Under the pieces are notes generated by a model. That model had not been told where the DNA came from. It ran no database searches and saw only the letters and a list, made by a program, of their open reading frames with translations. From Lachnospiraceae bacterium (GTDB lineage Bacteria; Bacillota; Clostridia; Lachnospirales; Lachnospiraceae), in contig JAILGS010000090.1 in assembly GCA_024696615.1 (NCBI GenBank), positions 26,069-90,068 of the forward strand: a DNA stretch of 64,000 nt, in the 5' to 3' direction. This document shows, piece by piece, positions 48,057 to 57,092 of the stretch (the stretch's first letter is position 1; each line of letters opens with the position of its first letter). The translations under genes were made by a program, and so were the position numbers.

Positions 48057-48085
48057 TTGTCATCCAAGAGGGTTTTTGTTACAAT
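48057..48085 (+). promoter_or_regulatory. candidate sigma-A promoter directly upstream of rpmJ
   Basis: TTGTCA (48057-48062), 17 nt, TACAAT (48080-48085), 36 nt before the rpmJ start. Confidence 0.5.
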
Positions 48086-48121
48086 GTTAAACGTATCTTT
48101 TTGGGAAAGGAGACTTATGCA

Positions 48122-48235
48122 ATGAAGGTTAGATCTTCTGTAAAGCCTATTTGCGAAAAATGCAAGGTTATTAAGAGAAAGGGATCCATCAGAATTATCT
48201 GTGAGAATCCAAAGCACAAGCAGAGACAGGGTTAA
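48122..48235 (+). CDS. rpmJ: 50S ribosomal protein L36 (zinc-ribbon form)
   Basis: Not in the supplied track (37 aa). [49 protein letters not shown] is canonical L36. Confidence 0.95.
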   Translation: MKVRSSVKPICEKCKVIKRKGSIRIICENPKHKQRQG

Positions 48236-48256
48236 TTAATACGCTCTTTCCTAAAA

Positions 48257-48290
48257 AGAATCGCAATATACGCGATTCTTTGTTTGTGTT
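48257..48290 (+). terminator. rho-independent terminator after rpmJ
   Basis: AGAATCGC / GCGATTCT stem with a 7-nt loop, followed by the U-rich TTGTTTGTGTT. Confidence 0.6.
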
Positions 48291-48553
48291 AATGAATTTG
48301 CGGCTGCAGCAATGTCGGGATAGATCCGATATCATGCGAAACAATTTTCCTGGATATCGCGGCTGATATTCAGGCCCATGATGTTACACATATGTATATA
48401 CGGTCCGTCAACCGTTATGTGTCTATCTGAGTTGCTATGAAGTAATATATTTAGAATTTATCGAAGGATTGTGAGAGGAATGGCACACATTTCAGACGCT
48501 TTTGCGGGCTGCCAGGGGGCTTACAGATCCAATTGTATGGAGGTTTAGAACGC

Positions 48554-48925
48554 ATGGCTCGTATCGCTGGTGTAGATTTACCAAGAGAAAAAAGAGTTGA
48601 GATTGGTCTTACTTATATTTATGGTATCGGTAGAGTAACAGCATCCAGACTTTTATCTGAAGCTGGTGTTAATCCTGATGTCCGTTGTAAGGATTTGACT
48701 GATGATGAAGTAATTAAGATTCAGAAGGCTATGGAAAATGATGGCCTTTTAGTTGAAGGTGATTTAAGAAGAGAAGTATCTCTTAACATTAAGAGACTTC
48801 AGGAAATCGGAAGCTACAGAGGAATCCGCCATAGAAAGGGACTTCCTGTTCGTGGTCAGAAGTCTAAGACCAATGCTAGAACTCGTAAGGGTCCTAAGAA
48901 GACAGTAGCTAATAAGAAGAAGTAA
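48554..48925 (+). CDS. rpsM: 30S ribosomal protein S13
   Basis: 123 aa from ATG 48554, after GGAGG; [15 protein letters not shown]. Confidence 0.98.
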   Translation: MARIAGVDLPREKRVEIGLTYIYGIGRVTASRLLSEAGVNPDVRCKDLTDDEVIKIQKAMENDGLLVEGDLRREVSLNIKRLQEIGSYRGIRHRKGLPVRGQKSKTNARTRKGPKKTVANKKK

Positions 48926-49016
48926 TTTAACGGAATATAATTCCATTTCTATAAGCTTTGTAAGCTTGGTTTTGATTAGAAACCATGAAGGTTTCATAAG
49001 GAGGTTTATTTAGAAA

Positions 49017-49412
49017 ATGGCACAGAAAGTTGCAAAAAAAGTAACAAAGAAGCGTGTTAAGAAGAATATTGAAAGAGGTCAGGCTCATATTCAGTCTTCT
49101 TTTAATAATACTATCGTAACCCTCACTGATACCGAAGGAAATGCTATTTCTTGGGCAAGTGCAGGTGGTTTAGGATTTAGAGGTTCAAGAAAGTCTACTC
49201 CTTACGCAGCTCAGGTTGCAGCAGAAACTGCAGCTAAGGCAGCTCTGGTACACGGCTTAAAGTCAGTTGATGTTATGGTTAAGGGACCAGGTTCTGGTAG
49301 AGAAGCTGCAATCCGTGCTCTTTCAGCATGCGGTATTGAAGTTGTAAGTATCAAGGATGTTACACCAGTTCCACATAACGGATGTCGTCCACCAAAGCGT
49401 AGAAGAGTTTAA
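49017..49412 (+). CDS. rpsK: 30S ribosomal protein S11
   Basis: 131 aa; [15 protein letters not shown]. Confidence 0.98.
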   Translation: MAQKVAKKVTKKRVKKNIERGQAHIQSSFNNTIVTLTDTEGNAISWASAGGLGFRGSRKSTPYAAQVAAETAAKAALVHGLKSVDVMVKGPGSGREAAIRALSACGIEVVSIKDVTPVPHNGCRPPKRRRV

Positions 49413-49430
49413 TTGGAGGTATAGAGTAAG

Positions 49431-50024
49431 ATGGCTATTAACAGAGTACCTGTTTTAAAGAGATGTAGATCACTTGATTTAGATCCATATTATTTAGGTG
49501 TTAGTAAGAAGTCTAACAGAAAGTCCAGAATTGCTGGAAAGAAGAGTAGTGAATACGGCTTACAGCTTCGTGAGAAGCAGAAGGCTAAGTTCATCTACGG
49601 TGTATTAGAGAAGCCTTTCCGTAACTATTATGCTAAGGCTGAGCAGATGAGCGGTCAGACCGGTGAGAACCTTATGGTTCTTCTTGAGAGAAGAATTGAT
49701 AATGTTATCTTCCGTCTTGGTTTTGCTCGTACCCGTAAGGAAGCAAGACAGATCGTTGATCATAAGCACGTATTAGTTAATGGTAAGACCGTTAACATTC
49801 CATCCTTATTAGTAAGTGTTGGAGATAAGATTGAAATCAGAGAGAAGTCTAAGAACTCTGTACGTTATAAGGAAATCCTTGAGGTTTCTTCTAGCCGTGT
49901 AGTTCCAGAGTGGTTAGAGGCTGATGCTGATAATTTAAAGGGTGAAGTTAAGTCTTTACCTGCAAGAGAAGCAATTGATGTTCCAGTTAACGAGATGCTT
50001 ATCGTCGAGTTGTATTCTAAGTAA
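49431..50024 (+). CDS. rpsD: 30S ribosomal protein S4
   Basis: 197 aa with an S4 RNA-binding domain ([21 protein letters not shown]). Confidence 0.97.
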   Translation: MAINRVPVLKRCRSLDLDPYYLGVSKKSNRKSRIAGKKSSEYGLQLREKQKAKFIYGVLEKPFRNYYAKAEQMSGQTGENLMVLLERRIDNVIFRLGFARTRKEARQIVDHKHVLVNGKTVNIPSLLVSVGDKIEIREKSKNSVRYKEILEVSSSRVVPEWLEADADNLKGEVKSLPAREAIDVPVNEMLIVELYSK

Positions 50025-50081
50025 GATTTACTAGAAATCACTATAAGTATTTCAACCATACCCAGAAGGAGGGTTTTACTC

Positions 50082-51041
50082 GTGTTCGATTTTCAAAAAC
50101 CAAAAATTGATATTCAGGAAATCTCTGAAGATAAGAAGTATGGAAAGTTTGTAGTAGAGCCATTGGAGAGAGGCTACGGAATTACACTTGGTAATTCCCT
50201 TCGCAGAATTATGCTTTCTTCTCTTCCTGGTACTGCAGTTAGCCAGATCAAGATTGACGGTGTTGTACACGAGTTCAGTTCTATTCCTGGTGTTAAGGAA
50301 GATGTAACTGAAATCATTATGAACATCAAGGGATTAGCTATTAAGAATAACAGCGAGTCTGACGAACCAAAGACTGCATATATTGAAGTTGTTGGTCGTG
50401 ACGGTGCAGTTACTGCAGCTGATATTCAGGTTGATTCTGATATTGAAATTATCAATAAAGATCATGTTATCGCACATCTTAATGGCGGTGACAGCAAGCT
50501 GGTTATGGAATTAACCATTACGAACGGCAGAGGTTATATTAGCTCTGATAAGAATAAGACAGAGAATATGCCTGTAGGCGTTATTGCAATTGATTCAATC
50601 TACACCCCTGTAGAGAGAGTAAATATGTCTGTGGAAAATACTCGTGTAGGACAGATCACTGATTATGACAAGCTTACACTGGATGTATGGACCAACGGTA
50701 CACTTAGTCCAGAAGATGCTGTAAGTATTGCAGCTAAGGTTTTAAGCGAACTTCTTGTTCTCTTTGTTGATCTTTCTGAGAAGGGTCAGCGTACCAATGT
50801 TGTGGTAGAGAAGGAAGAGAGCGGTGCTGAGCAGGCACTCACCATGAGCATTGATGAGCTTGAACTTTCTGTTCGTTCTCATAACTGCTTAAAGCGTGCA
50901 GGTATCAATACCGTAGAAGAGCTTACCAACAAGACTTCTGAAGACATGATGAAGGTTCGTAACTTAGGTAAGAAGTCCTTAGAGGAAGTATTACAGAAGT
51001 TGGATGAACTTGGTCTTTCATTACGTCAGAGTGAGGACTAA
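50082..51041 (+). CDS. rpoA: DNA-directed RNA polymerase subunit alpha
   Basis: 319 aa, GTG start after GGAGGG; [13 protein letters not shown]; C-terminal domain [15 protein letters not shown]. Confidence 0.98.
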   Translation: MFDFQKPKIDIQEISEDKKYGKFVVEPLERGYGITLGNSLRRIMLSSLPGTAVSQIKIDGVVHEFSSIPGVKEDVTEIIMNIKGLAIKNNSESDEPKTAYIEVVGRDGAVTAADIQVDSDIEIINKDHVIAHLNGGDSKLVMELTITNGRGYISSDKNKTENMPVGVIAIDSIYTPVERVNMSVENTRVGQITDYDKLTLDVWTNGTLSPEDAVSIAAKVLSELLVLFVDLSEKGQRTNVVVEKEESGAEQALTMSIDELELSVRSHNCLKRAGINTVEELTNKTSEDMMKVRNLGKKSLEEVLQKLDELGLSLRQSED

Positions 51042-51144
51042 TATATTTCTAATAAGACCGATGAGCATAGAAATGTGCTCCACAATGAGTGATTTGTAAA
51101 ACCGAAGTGTGAAATCACCGCGAATTTATGGAGGAAAAATTAAA

Positions 51145-51681
51145 ATGGCAAAGTACAGAAAGCTCGGCAGAACATCTGACCAGAGAAATGCATTATTAAG
51201 AAACCAGGTATCCGCTTTAATCGAGAATGGTAAGATCGTTACCACCGAAGCTAGAGCAAAGGAAGTTCGTAAGCAGGTTGAGAAGTTAATCACAATCGCT
51301 GCTAAGGAAAAGGATAACTTCGAAACAGTAACTGTTACCGCTAAGGTTGCTCGTAAGGATGCGAATGGCAAGCGCGTGAAGGAAGTTGTTGATGGTAAGA
51401 AGGTTACCGTATACGATAGCGTTGAGAAGACAATTAAGAAGGATGCTCCTTCTAGAATTCATGTTCGTCGTCAGATCGCAGCTTATCTTTACAACGTAAC
51501 AGAAGTACCAACTGAGAATGCTGGTAAGAAGAAGAACACCAAGAAGGTTGACCTTACTGCTAAGTTACTTGATGAAGTAGCTCCAAAGTATGCAGATCGT
51601 AACGGTGGTTACACAAGAATCACCAAGATTGGTCTTCGTAAGGGTGATGCTTCCATGATGGTATTACTTGAGTTAGTTTAA
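51145..51681 (+). CDS. rplQ: 50S ribosomal protein L17 (with internal insertion)
   Basis: 178 aa from ATG 51145; [20 protein letters not shown] ... [10 protein letters not shown]. It is about 50-60 aa longer than the ~120-aa Bacillus-type L17 because of a Lys-rich internal segment. Confidence 0.95.
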   Translation: MAKYRKLGRTSDQRNALLRNQVSALIENGKIVTTEARAKEVRKQVEKLITIAAKEKDNFETVTVTAKVARKDANGKRVKEVVDGKKVTVYDSVEKTIKKDAPSRIHVRRQIAAYLYNVTEVPTENAGKKKNTKKVDLTAKLLDEVAPKYADRNGGYTRITKIGLRKGDASMMVLLELV

Positions 51682-51721
51682 TTCTTGTATTTCATCGAAT
51701 TGATTGATAAACAAAGATTGG

Positions 51722-51752
51722 AAAGGGACTACGTAATGTAGTCCCTTTTTTT
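51722..51752 (+). terminator. rho-independent terminator after rplQ
   Basis: GGGACTAC / GTAGTCCC stem with a 5-nt loop and a T7 run. Confidence 0.85.
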
Positions 51753-51837
51753 ATCCATTGGATATCTATGGATAAATACGCTTGAATGTGGTAAACTAAT
51801 GACAATTGTGGGAAGAATCAAGGAATCAGGTAAACAT

Positions 51838-52701
51838 ATGAAGATTATTAAAACAGACAATTTATCCTTTGATTATATTCGACGGGACGAAGAGGGAAAT
51901 GTGGATGGCATTGTGAATGCGGTCCGTGATGTGAGTGTGGAAGTGGAACCGGGTAGCTTTGTGGCTGTTCTTGGACATAATGGTTCTGGAAAATCCACCT
52001 TTGCGAAGCACTTAAATTCTCTTCTCCTTCCAACGGAAGGTACCGTATGGGTGGATGGCATGGATACCACGGATGATGAGCATCTTTGGGATGTTCGAAA
52101 GACTGCAGGAATGGTATTCCAGAATCCGGATAACCAGATCATTGCCACGGTAGTGGAAGAAGATGTGGGATTTGGTCCGGAAAATATCGGTGTTCCTACG
52201 AAGGAAATCTGGGAACGTGTGGAGAAAGCCCTTAAGAGTGTGGGAATGTATGAATTTCGAAGTGCTTCTCCGAATAAATTATCCGGTGGTCAAAAGCAGC
52301 GTGTGGCTATTGCAGGTATTATGGCCATGAAGCCTAAGTGCATTGTATTAGATGAGCCAACCGCCATGTTAGATCCCAATGGTCGAAAAGAAGTAATTTC
52401 GGCTCTTCATGAGTTAAATGAACAGGAAGATGTGACTGTGATTCTCATCACCCATTACATGGATGAAGTGGTGGGAGCGGATCGTGTGATTGTGATGGAT
52501 GGCGGCAGTGTGGTAATGGATGGAACCCCAAGAGAAATCTTCTCAAGGGTGGAAGAGTTAAAAGAACTGCGCCTGGATGTACCGCAGGTAACGGAAGTTG
52601 CCTGGAATCTTAGAAACTTAGGGTATGATCTTCCCCTTGGCATTTTAACGCAGGAAGAATTCATCGCAGCAATCAAGGAGCAAATGGGACTATGTCATTA
52701 A
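51838..52701 (+). CDS. ecfA1: energy-coupling factor transporter ATPase
   Basis: 287 aa from ATG 51838; Walker A GHNGSGKST, signature LSGGQKQR, Walker B IVLDEP; conserved position after rplQ. Confidence 0.93.
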   Translation: MKIIKTDNLSFDYIRRDEEGNVDGIVNAVRDVSVEVEPGSFVAVLGHNGSGKSTFAKHLNSLLLPTEGTVWVDGMDTTDDEHLWDVRKTAGMVFQNPDNQIIATVVEEDVGFGPENIGVPTKEIWERVEKALKSVGMYEFRSASPNKLSGGQKQRVAIAGIMAMKPKCIVLDEPTAMLDPNGRKEVISALHELNEQEDVTVILITHYMDEVVGADRVIVMDGGSVVMDGTPREIFSRVEELKELRLDVPQVTEVAWNLRNLGYDLPLGILTQEEFIAAIKEQMGLCH

Positions 52702-53567
52702 TTGTAGATAATATTAGTTATTCCTATGAAATCGAATCCGGCATTTCCAAAAATGCTATTTCCAACGTGAGTTTTACGGTGGAGCAGGGAGAATTCATAG
52801 GACTTATTGGCCATACGGGATCGGGAAAATCCACCCTGATTCAACATTTGAACGGATTAATCCGTGCTACCAGTGGATCCATCTATTATGAAGGCCAGGA
52901 TATCTATGACGAGAAGTTCGATATGAAAAAGCTGCGAAGTCATGTAGGACTGGTGTTCCAATATCCGGAACATCAGTTATTTGAGACGGATATTTTTAAG
53001 GATGTGTGTTTTGGTCCATTAAACCAGGGCCTTTCTCAAAAAGATGCGGAGTATCGGGCATTTGAAGCACTGCGTCAGGTACATTTGCCAGAGAACTTAT
53101 ACTATCAGTCCCCCTTTGACTTATCCGGAGGACAGAAGCGCCGTGTGGCCATTGCAGGAGTACTTGCCATGAAGCCGGATGTGCTGATTTTGGATGAGCC
53201 CACTGCAGGACTGGATCCAAAGGGCCGGGACGAGATCCTTGATCACATTGCCTCTTTGCGGGAAGAACTGGGAATTACCATTATTTTAGTTTCCCATAGT
53301 ATGGAAGATGTGGCAGAATACGTTTCACGAATTATGGTGATGAATCACGGGCATCTTGTCTATGATGATGAACCCAAGAAAGTCTTTGCCGCTTATCAGG
53401 AGTTAGAGACTATGGGGCTTGCAGCGCCACAGGTGACCTATCTTATGCATGAATTAAATGCCCAGGGAATTTCGGTTCCTTCGGATGTGACCACGGTGAA
53501 GGAAGCAACGAAGGTACTGGCTGATCTTTTAACTCAGTCGGAGAAATCCTCCACCTCTAAGCGTTAG
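52692..53567 (+). CDS. ecfA2: energy-coupling factor transporter ATPase
   Basis: 291 aa; GHTGSGKST, LSGGQKRR, LILDEP; overlaps ecfA1 by 10 nt. Confidence 0.93.
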   Translation: MSLIVDNISYSYEIESGISKNAISNVSFTVEQGEFIGLIGHTGSGKSTLIQHLNGLIRATSGSIYYEGQDIYDEKFDMKKLRSHVGLVFQYPEHQLFETDIFKDVCFGPLNQGLSQKDAEYRAFEALRQVHLPENLYYQSPFDLSGGQKRRVAIAGVLAMKPDVLILDEPTAGLDPKGRDEILDHIASLREELGITIILVSHSMEDVAEYVSRIMVMNHGHLVYDDEPKKVFAAYQELETMGLAAPQVTYLMHELNAQGISVPSDVTTVKEATKVLADLLTQSEKSSTSKR

Positions 53568-53586
53568 CGTAGGTGGGGGTTATGAC
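53527..53586 (+). repeat. 60-nt hairpin-containing direct repeat, copy 1 (overlaps the ecfA2 3' end)
   Basis: 57/60 identical to 54414-54473. Contains the G+C-rich stem CCTCCACCT...AGGTGGGGG. Confidence 0.9.
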
Positions 53587-53621
53587 AAAAGGCATAAATT
53601 TATAGAATTTAGGACAAGAAA

Positions 53622-54419
53622 ATGATTCGAGATATCACATTAGGACAATATTATCAAACCAACTCGGTATTACATCGATTAGATCCCCGGGTAAAATTAG
53701 TGGGAACCATGGTCTACATCGTGTCCCTGTTTATGGGAACCACCATTCCCGTCTATCTGGGAGCGGCAATCTTTTTAGGAATTCTTATTGCAATCTCTAA
53801 AGTACCGGTAAAATTCATGATGCGAGGCCTAAAATCCATCCTATATATTCTGATTTTTAGTGTGGTCTTCCATCTGTTTTTAACTCCCGGAACCCCAGTG
53901 ATTACCATAGGAAAATTTGCCATTACCCAGGAAGGAGCCCAGCTTGCAGCTTTTATGATTGTTCGATTGATGCTGTTAATCATCGGCTCATCCCTCCTCA
54001 CCCTCACCACCACGCCCAATAGTCTGACGGATGGCTTGGAGAAGGGCTTGCATGTGTTAACCTATGTGAAGGTGCCGGTGCATTCCATCGCCATGATGAT
54101 GTCCATCGCCCTTCGTTTTATTCCGATCTTAATTGAGGAAACGGACAAGATTATGAAAGCGCAGATGGCCCGTGGTGCGGATTTCGACCATGGAAATCTC
54201 ATCAAGCGTGCCAAAGCCATGGTACCACTGTTGGTGCCACTATTCATCTCCGCCTTCCGTCGAGCCAATGATTTAGCCATGGCCATGGAAGCAAGATGTT
54301 ATCACGGAGCTAAGGGAAGAACTCGTATGAAGCCCCTTCGTTATAAGAAGAAGGACTTTCTTGCATACCTGGTGCTCATTGCGTATTTCGCATGTATTCT
54401 CTTCCTTCGTAGATTTTAA
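53622..54419 (+). CDS. ecfT: energy-coupling factor transporter transmembrane subunit
   Basis: 265 aa polytopic protein with the conserved ARG-containing coupling helices (QMARGADF, ...AMEARCY). Confidence 0.93.
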   Translation: MIRDITLGQYYQTNSVLHRLDPRVKLVGTMVYIVSLFMGTTIPVYLGAAIFLGILIAISKVPVKFMMRGLKSILYILIFSVVFHLFLTPGTPVITIGKFAITQEGAQLAAFMIVRLMLLIIGSSLLTLTTTPNSLTDGLEKGLHVLTYVKVPVHSIAMMMSIALRFIPILIEETDKIMKAQMARGADFDHGNLIKRAKAMVPLLVPLFISAFRRANDLAMAMEARCYHGAKGRTRMKPLRYKKKDFLAYLVLIAYFACILFLRRF

Positions 54420-54473
54420 TTCAGTCGGAGAAATCCCCCACCTCTAAGCGTTAGCGTAGGTGGGGGGTATGAC
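54414..54473 (+). repeat. 60-nt hairpin-containing direct repeat, copy 2 (begins at the ecfT stop codon)
   Basis: 57/60 identical to 53527-53586; stem CCCCCACCT...AGGTGGGGGG. Confidence 0.9.
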
Positions 54474-54494
54474 TACCCAAGGAGCAAATGTTGT

Positions 54495-55259
54495 ATGAAG
54501 CGTGTCAAACTCACAGTTGCATATGATGGAACCAACTACTGCGGCTGGCAGGTGCAGCCGGGAGTGGAGACGGTGGAAGGCGTATTAAATACCACCATCA
54601 GTAATTTCCTTCACCGGGAAGTGAAAGTAATTGGAGCCAGTCGTACGGATTCGGGAGTACACGCCTATGGCAATGTGGCAGTATTTGATGTGGAAGATCG
54701 GTATCGTGCGGAAATCTTTGCCAATGCATTGAATACTTTTTTGCCACCGGATATTGTGATCCAGTCCTCGGAAGAAGTGCCCCTGGATTGGCATCCAAGA
54801 CATTGCGACTGTCGAAAAACTTATGAATATCGGATTCTTAATCGAAGTCACCGGGATCCCTTACGAAAAGATCATACCATGTTCTATTATAAGAAGCTGG
54901 ATGTGGAGTCCATGAAAGAAGCGGCCGGGGCTTTGGTGGGAGAACATGATTTTAAAAGTTTTTGTTCCGTAAAGACCACGGTGGAAAGTACGATTCGCAC
55001 AATTTATGCCTGTGATGTAATCTGTGAAGAAAATCCCATGGATCCTTTGGGAGGAAGACTGATCACCATCCGCATTACGGGAAATGGATTTTTATATAAT
55101 ATGGTTCGGATTATTGCAGGAACCTTACTTCAGGTGGGAACGGGAAAGATTGCCAAAGAATCGATTCCATCCATGTTAGAAGCCAAGGACCGGGAAGCTT
55201 CAGGACCAACAGCCCCACCGGAGGGACTTACTTTAATGCAAATCATCTATGAAAGATAG
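54495..55259 (+). CDS. truA: tRNA pseudouridine(38-40) synthase
   Basis: 254 aa; YDGTNYCGWQVQ, GASRTDSGVHA (catalytic Asp). Confidence 0.95.
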   Translation: MKRVKLTVAYDGTNYCGWQVQPGVETVEGVLNTTISNFLHREVKVIGASRTDSGVHAYGNVAVFDVEDRYRAEIFANALNTFLPPDIVIQSSEEVPLDWHPRHCDCRKTYEYRILNRSHRDPLRKDHTMFYYKKLDVESMKEAAGALVGEHDFKSFCSVKTTVESTIRTIYACDVICEENPMDPLGGRLITIRITGNGFLYNMVRIIAGTLLQVGTGKIAKESIPSMLEAKDREASGPTAPPEGLTLMQIIYER

Positions 55260-55265
55260 GAATAT

Positions 55266-57092
55266 ATGAAAATCGTAGAACTTACTTCAAAGGAATGGCT
55301 GGACGGAAATCGATTAAATCAGGCAATCCGTGGACCGGAGGAGTACCTTGCCTATGCAAGAATTCCCCATGCTACGGGAAAAGAGATTCAGGAAGTGCTG
55401 GAAGCCAATCCTTTTTTAACAGAATATGATGCAGTAATCTTTGGGGCTTTCGAAGAGGAAACCATGGAAGGGGGAGAAATCACCCAGATGGATTTTCTTG
55501 CCATCCCACAGGTGGAACTGGTAGGTTTTTGTGTAGCCAAGTCCATTTTTCAGAAGGTCGGTCCCTTCCAGACAGGAATTGCGGGAGGGGGAACGGAATA
55601 TGAATTCCTGTGCCGTCTCTTAGGAGAGGGACGGGCTTTTTTGATTCCCTGTGCCTTGGACCAAAAGAAAGAACACCAAGAATCCATAGAATCATCCACG
55701 GAGCTACTAGAGGAAGGGACGAAACAGGTAGCAGCCCGCCAGGAAATTTCGAAGGAATATGCGGGATATCTATGGAAGATTTATTATGAAATCTATAAAG
55801 AATCCCCACATCTCTCCCTACTTTTAGAACAGTGGCTTCGAATCTGCCCACAGTTACTAGAACAGATGGAATATGTTACGGAACATGAGGATGAATTTCT
55901 TCGCCTGCGCAGACTTACGGCCCCATGGTTTATTATTATGGGGGATCAGACCTGCTATGGGGTATTACATACATTTGCAAAGAGGCTTGGGGAAGAACTG
56001 ATGGCCTATGGGGAATCCGTGGTTCTATCCGATAACTCCTTAGGAAATTACAGGGATTTGTCCCAATTGATGGAAAAGCCCTATAAAGCCATTGTGGGAT
56101 TTCAAAGTCCGGTACTGAGTAAGGACTTTTTTAAGCGGATGAATGTGGATCAATATCTGTTCTACTTTGATAATCCGCTGTTTTTCCATGATCTGTTTCA
56201 TGAATTGAGTCCTAAAATCCATATTTTACAACAGGATGGGGACTATGCCCGATATGGACGGGATTATTATGGAATTAAGGATAGTATCCATTTCTTCCCA
56301 GGGGGGGATGCATGGAAGGAACCGGGGAAAAGCGTTCCTAAGTCATCCCAGGGGGCTTTTGGGGAAGAAGAGGATCAGAAATTTTTAGAGCGTCCCCTCG
56401 ATTTAGTATTTATCGGTTCCTACCATCCGGTGAAAGAGCGGATGGCCTCGGACTTCGAGCAGGGATATTATGATTATATGATCGCGCACCCACAGGAAAC
56501 ATTTGAGGTGGGATGCGTGGGTTATACCAGTAAGGAGGGGGAGAAGATTTCCGCCTTCGACTTAACGCAATATTATCCGGTGTGCAAGGAAGTGGTGGCT
56601 TATTATCGCCATAAGGTGATGGAAACCCTGCTTGCAAGCGGCATCGAAGTGCATGTGTACGGGGATAGTTGGAAGGATTATCCGGACACGAAGGGGCGGA
56701 AGAATTTAGTGATTCATCCCGCCCTGTCCGTCGAAGAAAGCCTTCACACCCTGTCCCTATGCAAATGTTCCTTAAACGTGATGACTTGGCATAAGAATGG
56801 TATGACGGAGCGCATCGCCAATTCCATGGCCAATGGCGCCATCTGCATTACGGATGAAACCACGTATTTAAAGTTTCATTTTGATGAGGAGTGCATGCTG
56901 CAATTTTCCTTGGAGGATTTAGAAAGTCTTCCTGGACGGATTCGAAATCTTTTCGAGGATGCGCCTCGCATGGAAGCCATGTCTAAGAGGGCCAGGGAGA
57001 TTGCCATGAAGGAATATACCTGGGAGAAGCGCAGCCTCCTGCTGTTGGAGAAAGTGAATCAGGATGTGAAGTTTGGGGGAAGTGAAGGATGA
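55266..57092 (+). CDS. two-part protein: unknown ~380-aa N-terminal region plus CgeB-like GT-B C-terminal domain
   Basis: 608 aa. The C-terminal ~230 aa are paralogous to the C-terminus of 16328-17563. No family recognised for the N-terminal part. Confidence 0.45.
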   Translation: MKIVELTSKEWLDGNRLNQAIRGPEEYLAYARIPHATGKEIQEVLEANPFLTEYDAVIFGAFEEETMEGGEITQMDFLAIPQVELVGFCVAKSIFQKVGPFQTGIAGGGTEYEFLCRLLGEGRAFLIPCALDQKKEHQESIESSTELLEEGTKQVAARQEISKEYAGYLWKIYYEIYKESPHLSLLLEQWLRICPQLLEQMEYVTEHEDEFLRLRRLTAPWFIIMGDQTCYGVLHTFAKRLGEELMAYGESVVLSDNSLGNYRDLSQLMEKPYKAIVGFQSPVLSKDFFKRMNVDQYLFYFDNPLFFHDLFHELSPKIHILQQDGDYARYGRDYYGIKDSIHFFPGGDAWKEPGKSVPKSSQGAFGEEEDQKFLERPLDLVFIGSYHPVKERMASDFEQGYYDYMIAHPQETFEVGCVGYTSKEGEKISAFDLTQYYPVCKEVVAYYRHKVMETLLASGIEVHVYGDSWKDYPDTKGRKNLVIHPALSVEESLHTLSLCKCSLNVMTWHKNGMTERIANSMANGAICITDETTYLKFHFDEECMLQFSLEDLESLPGRIRNLFEDAPRMEAMSKRAREIAMKEYTWEKRSLLLLEKVNQDVKFGGSEG

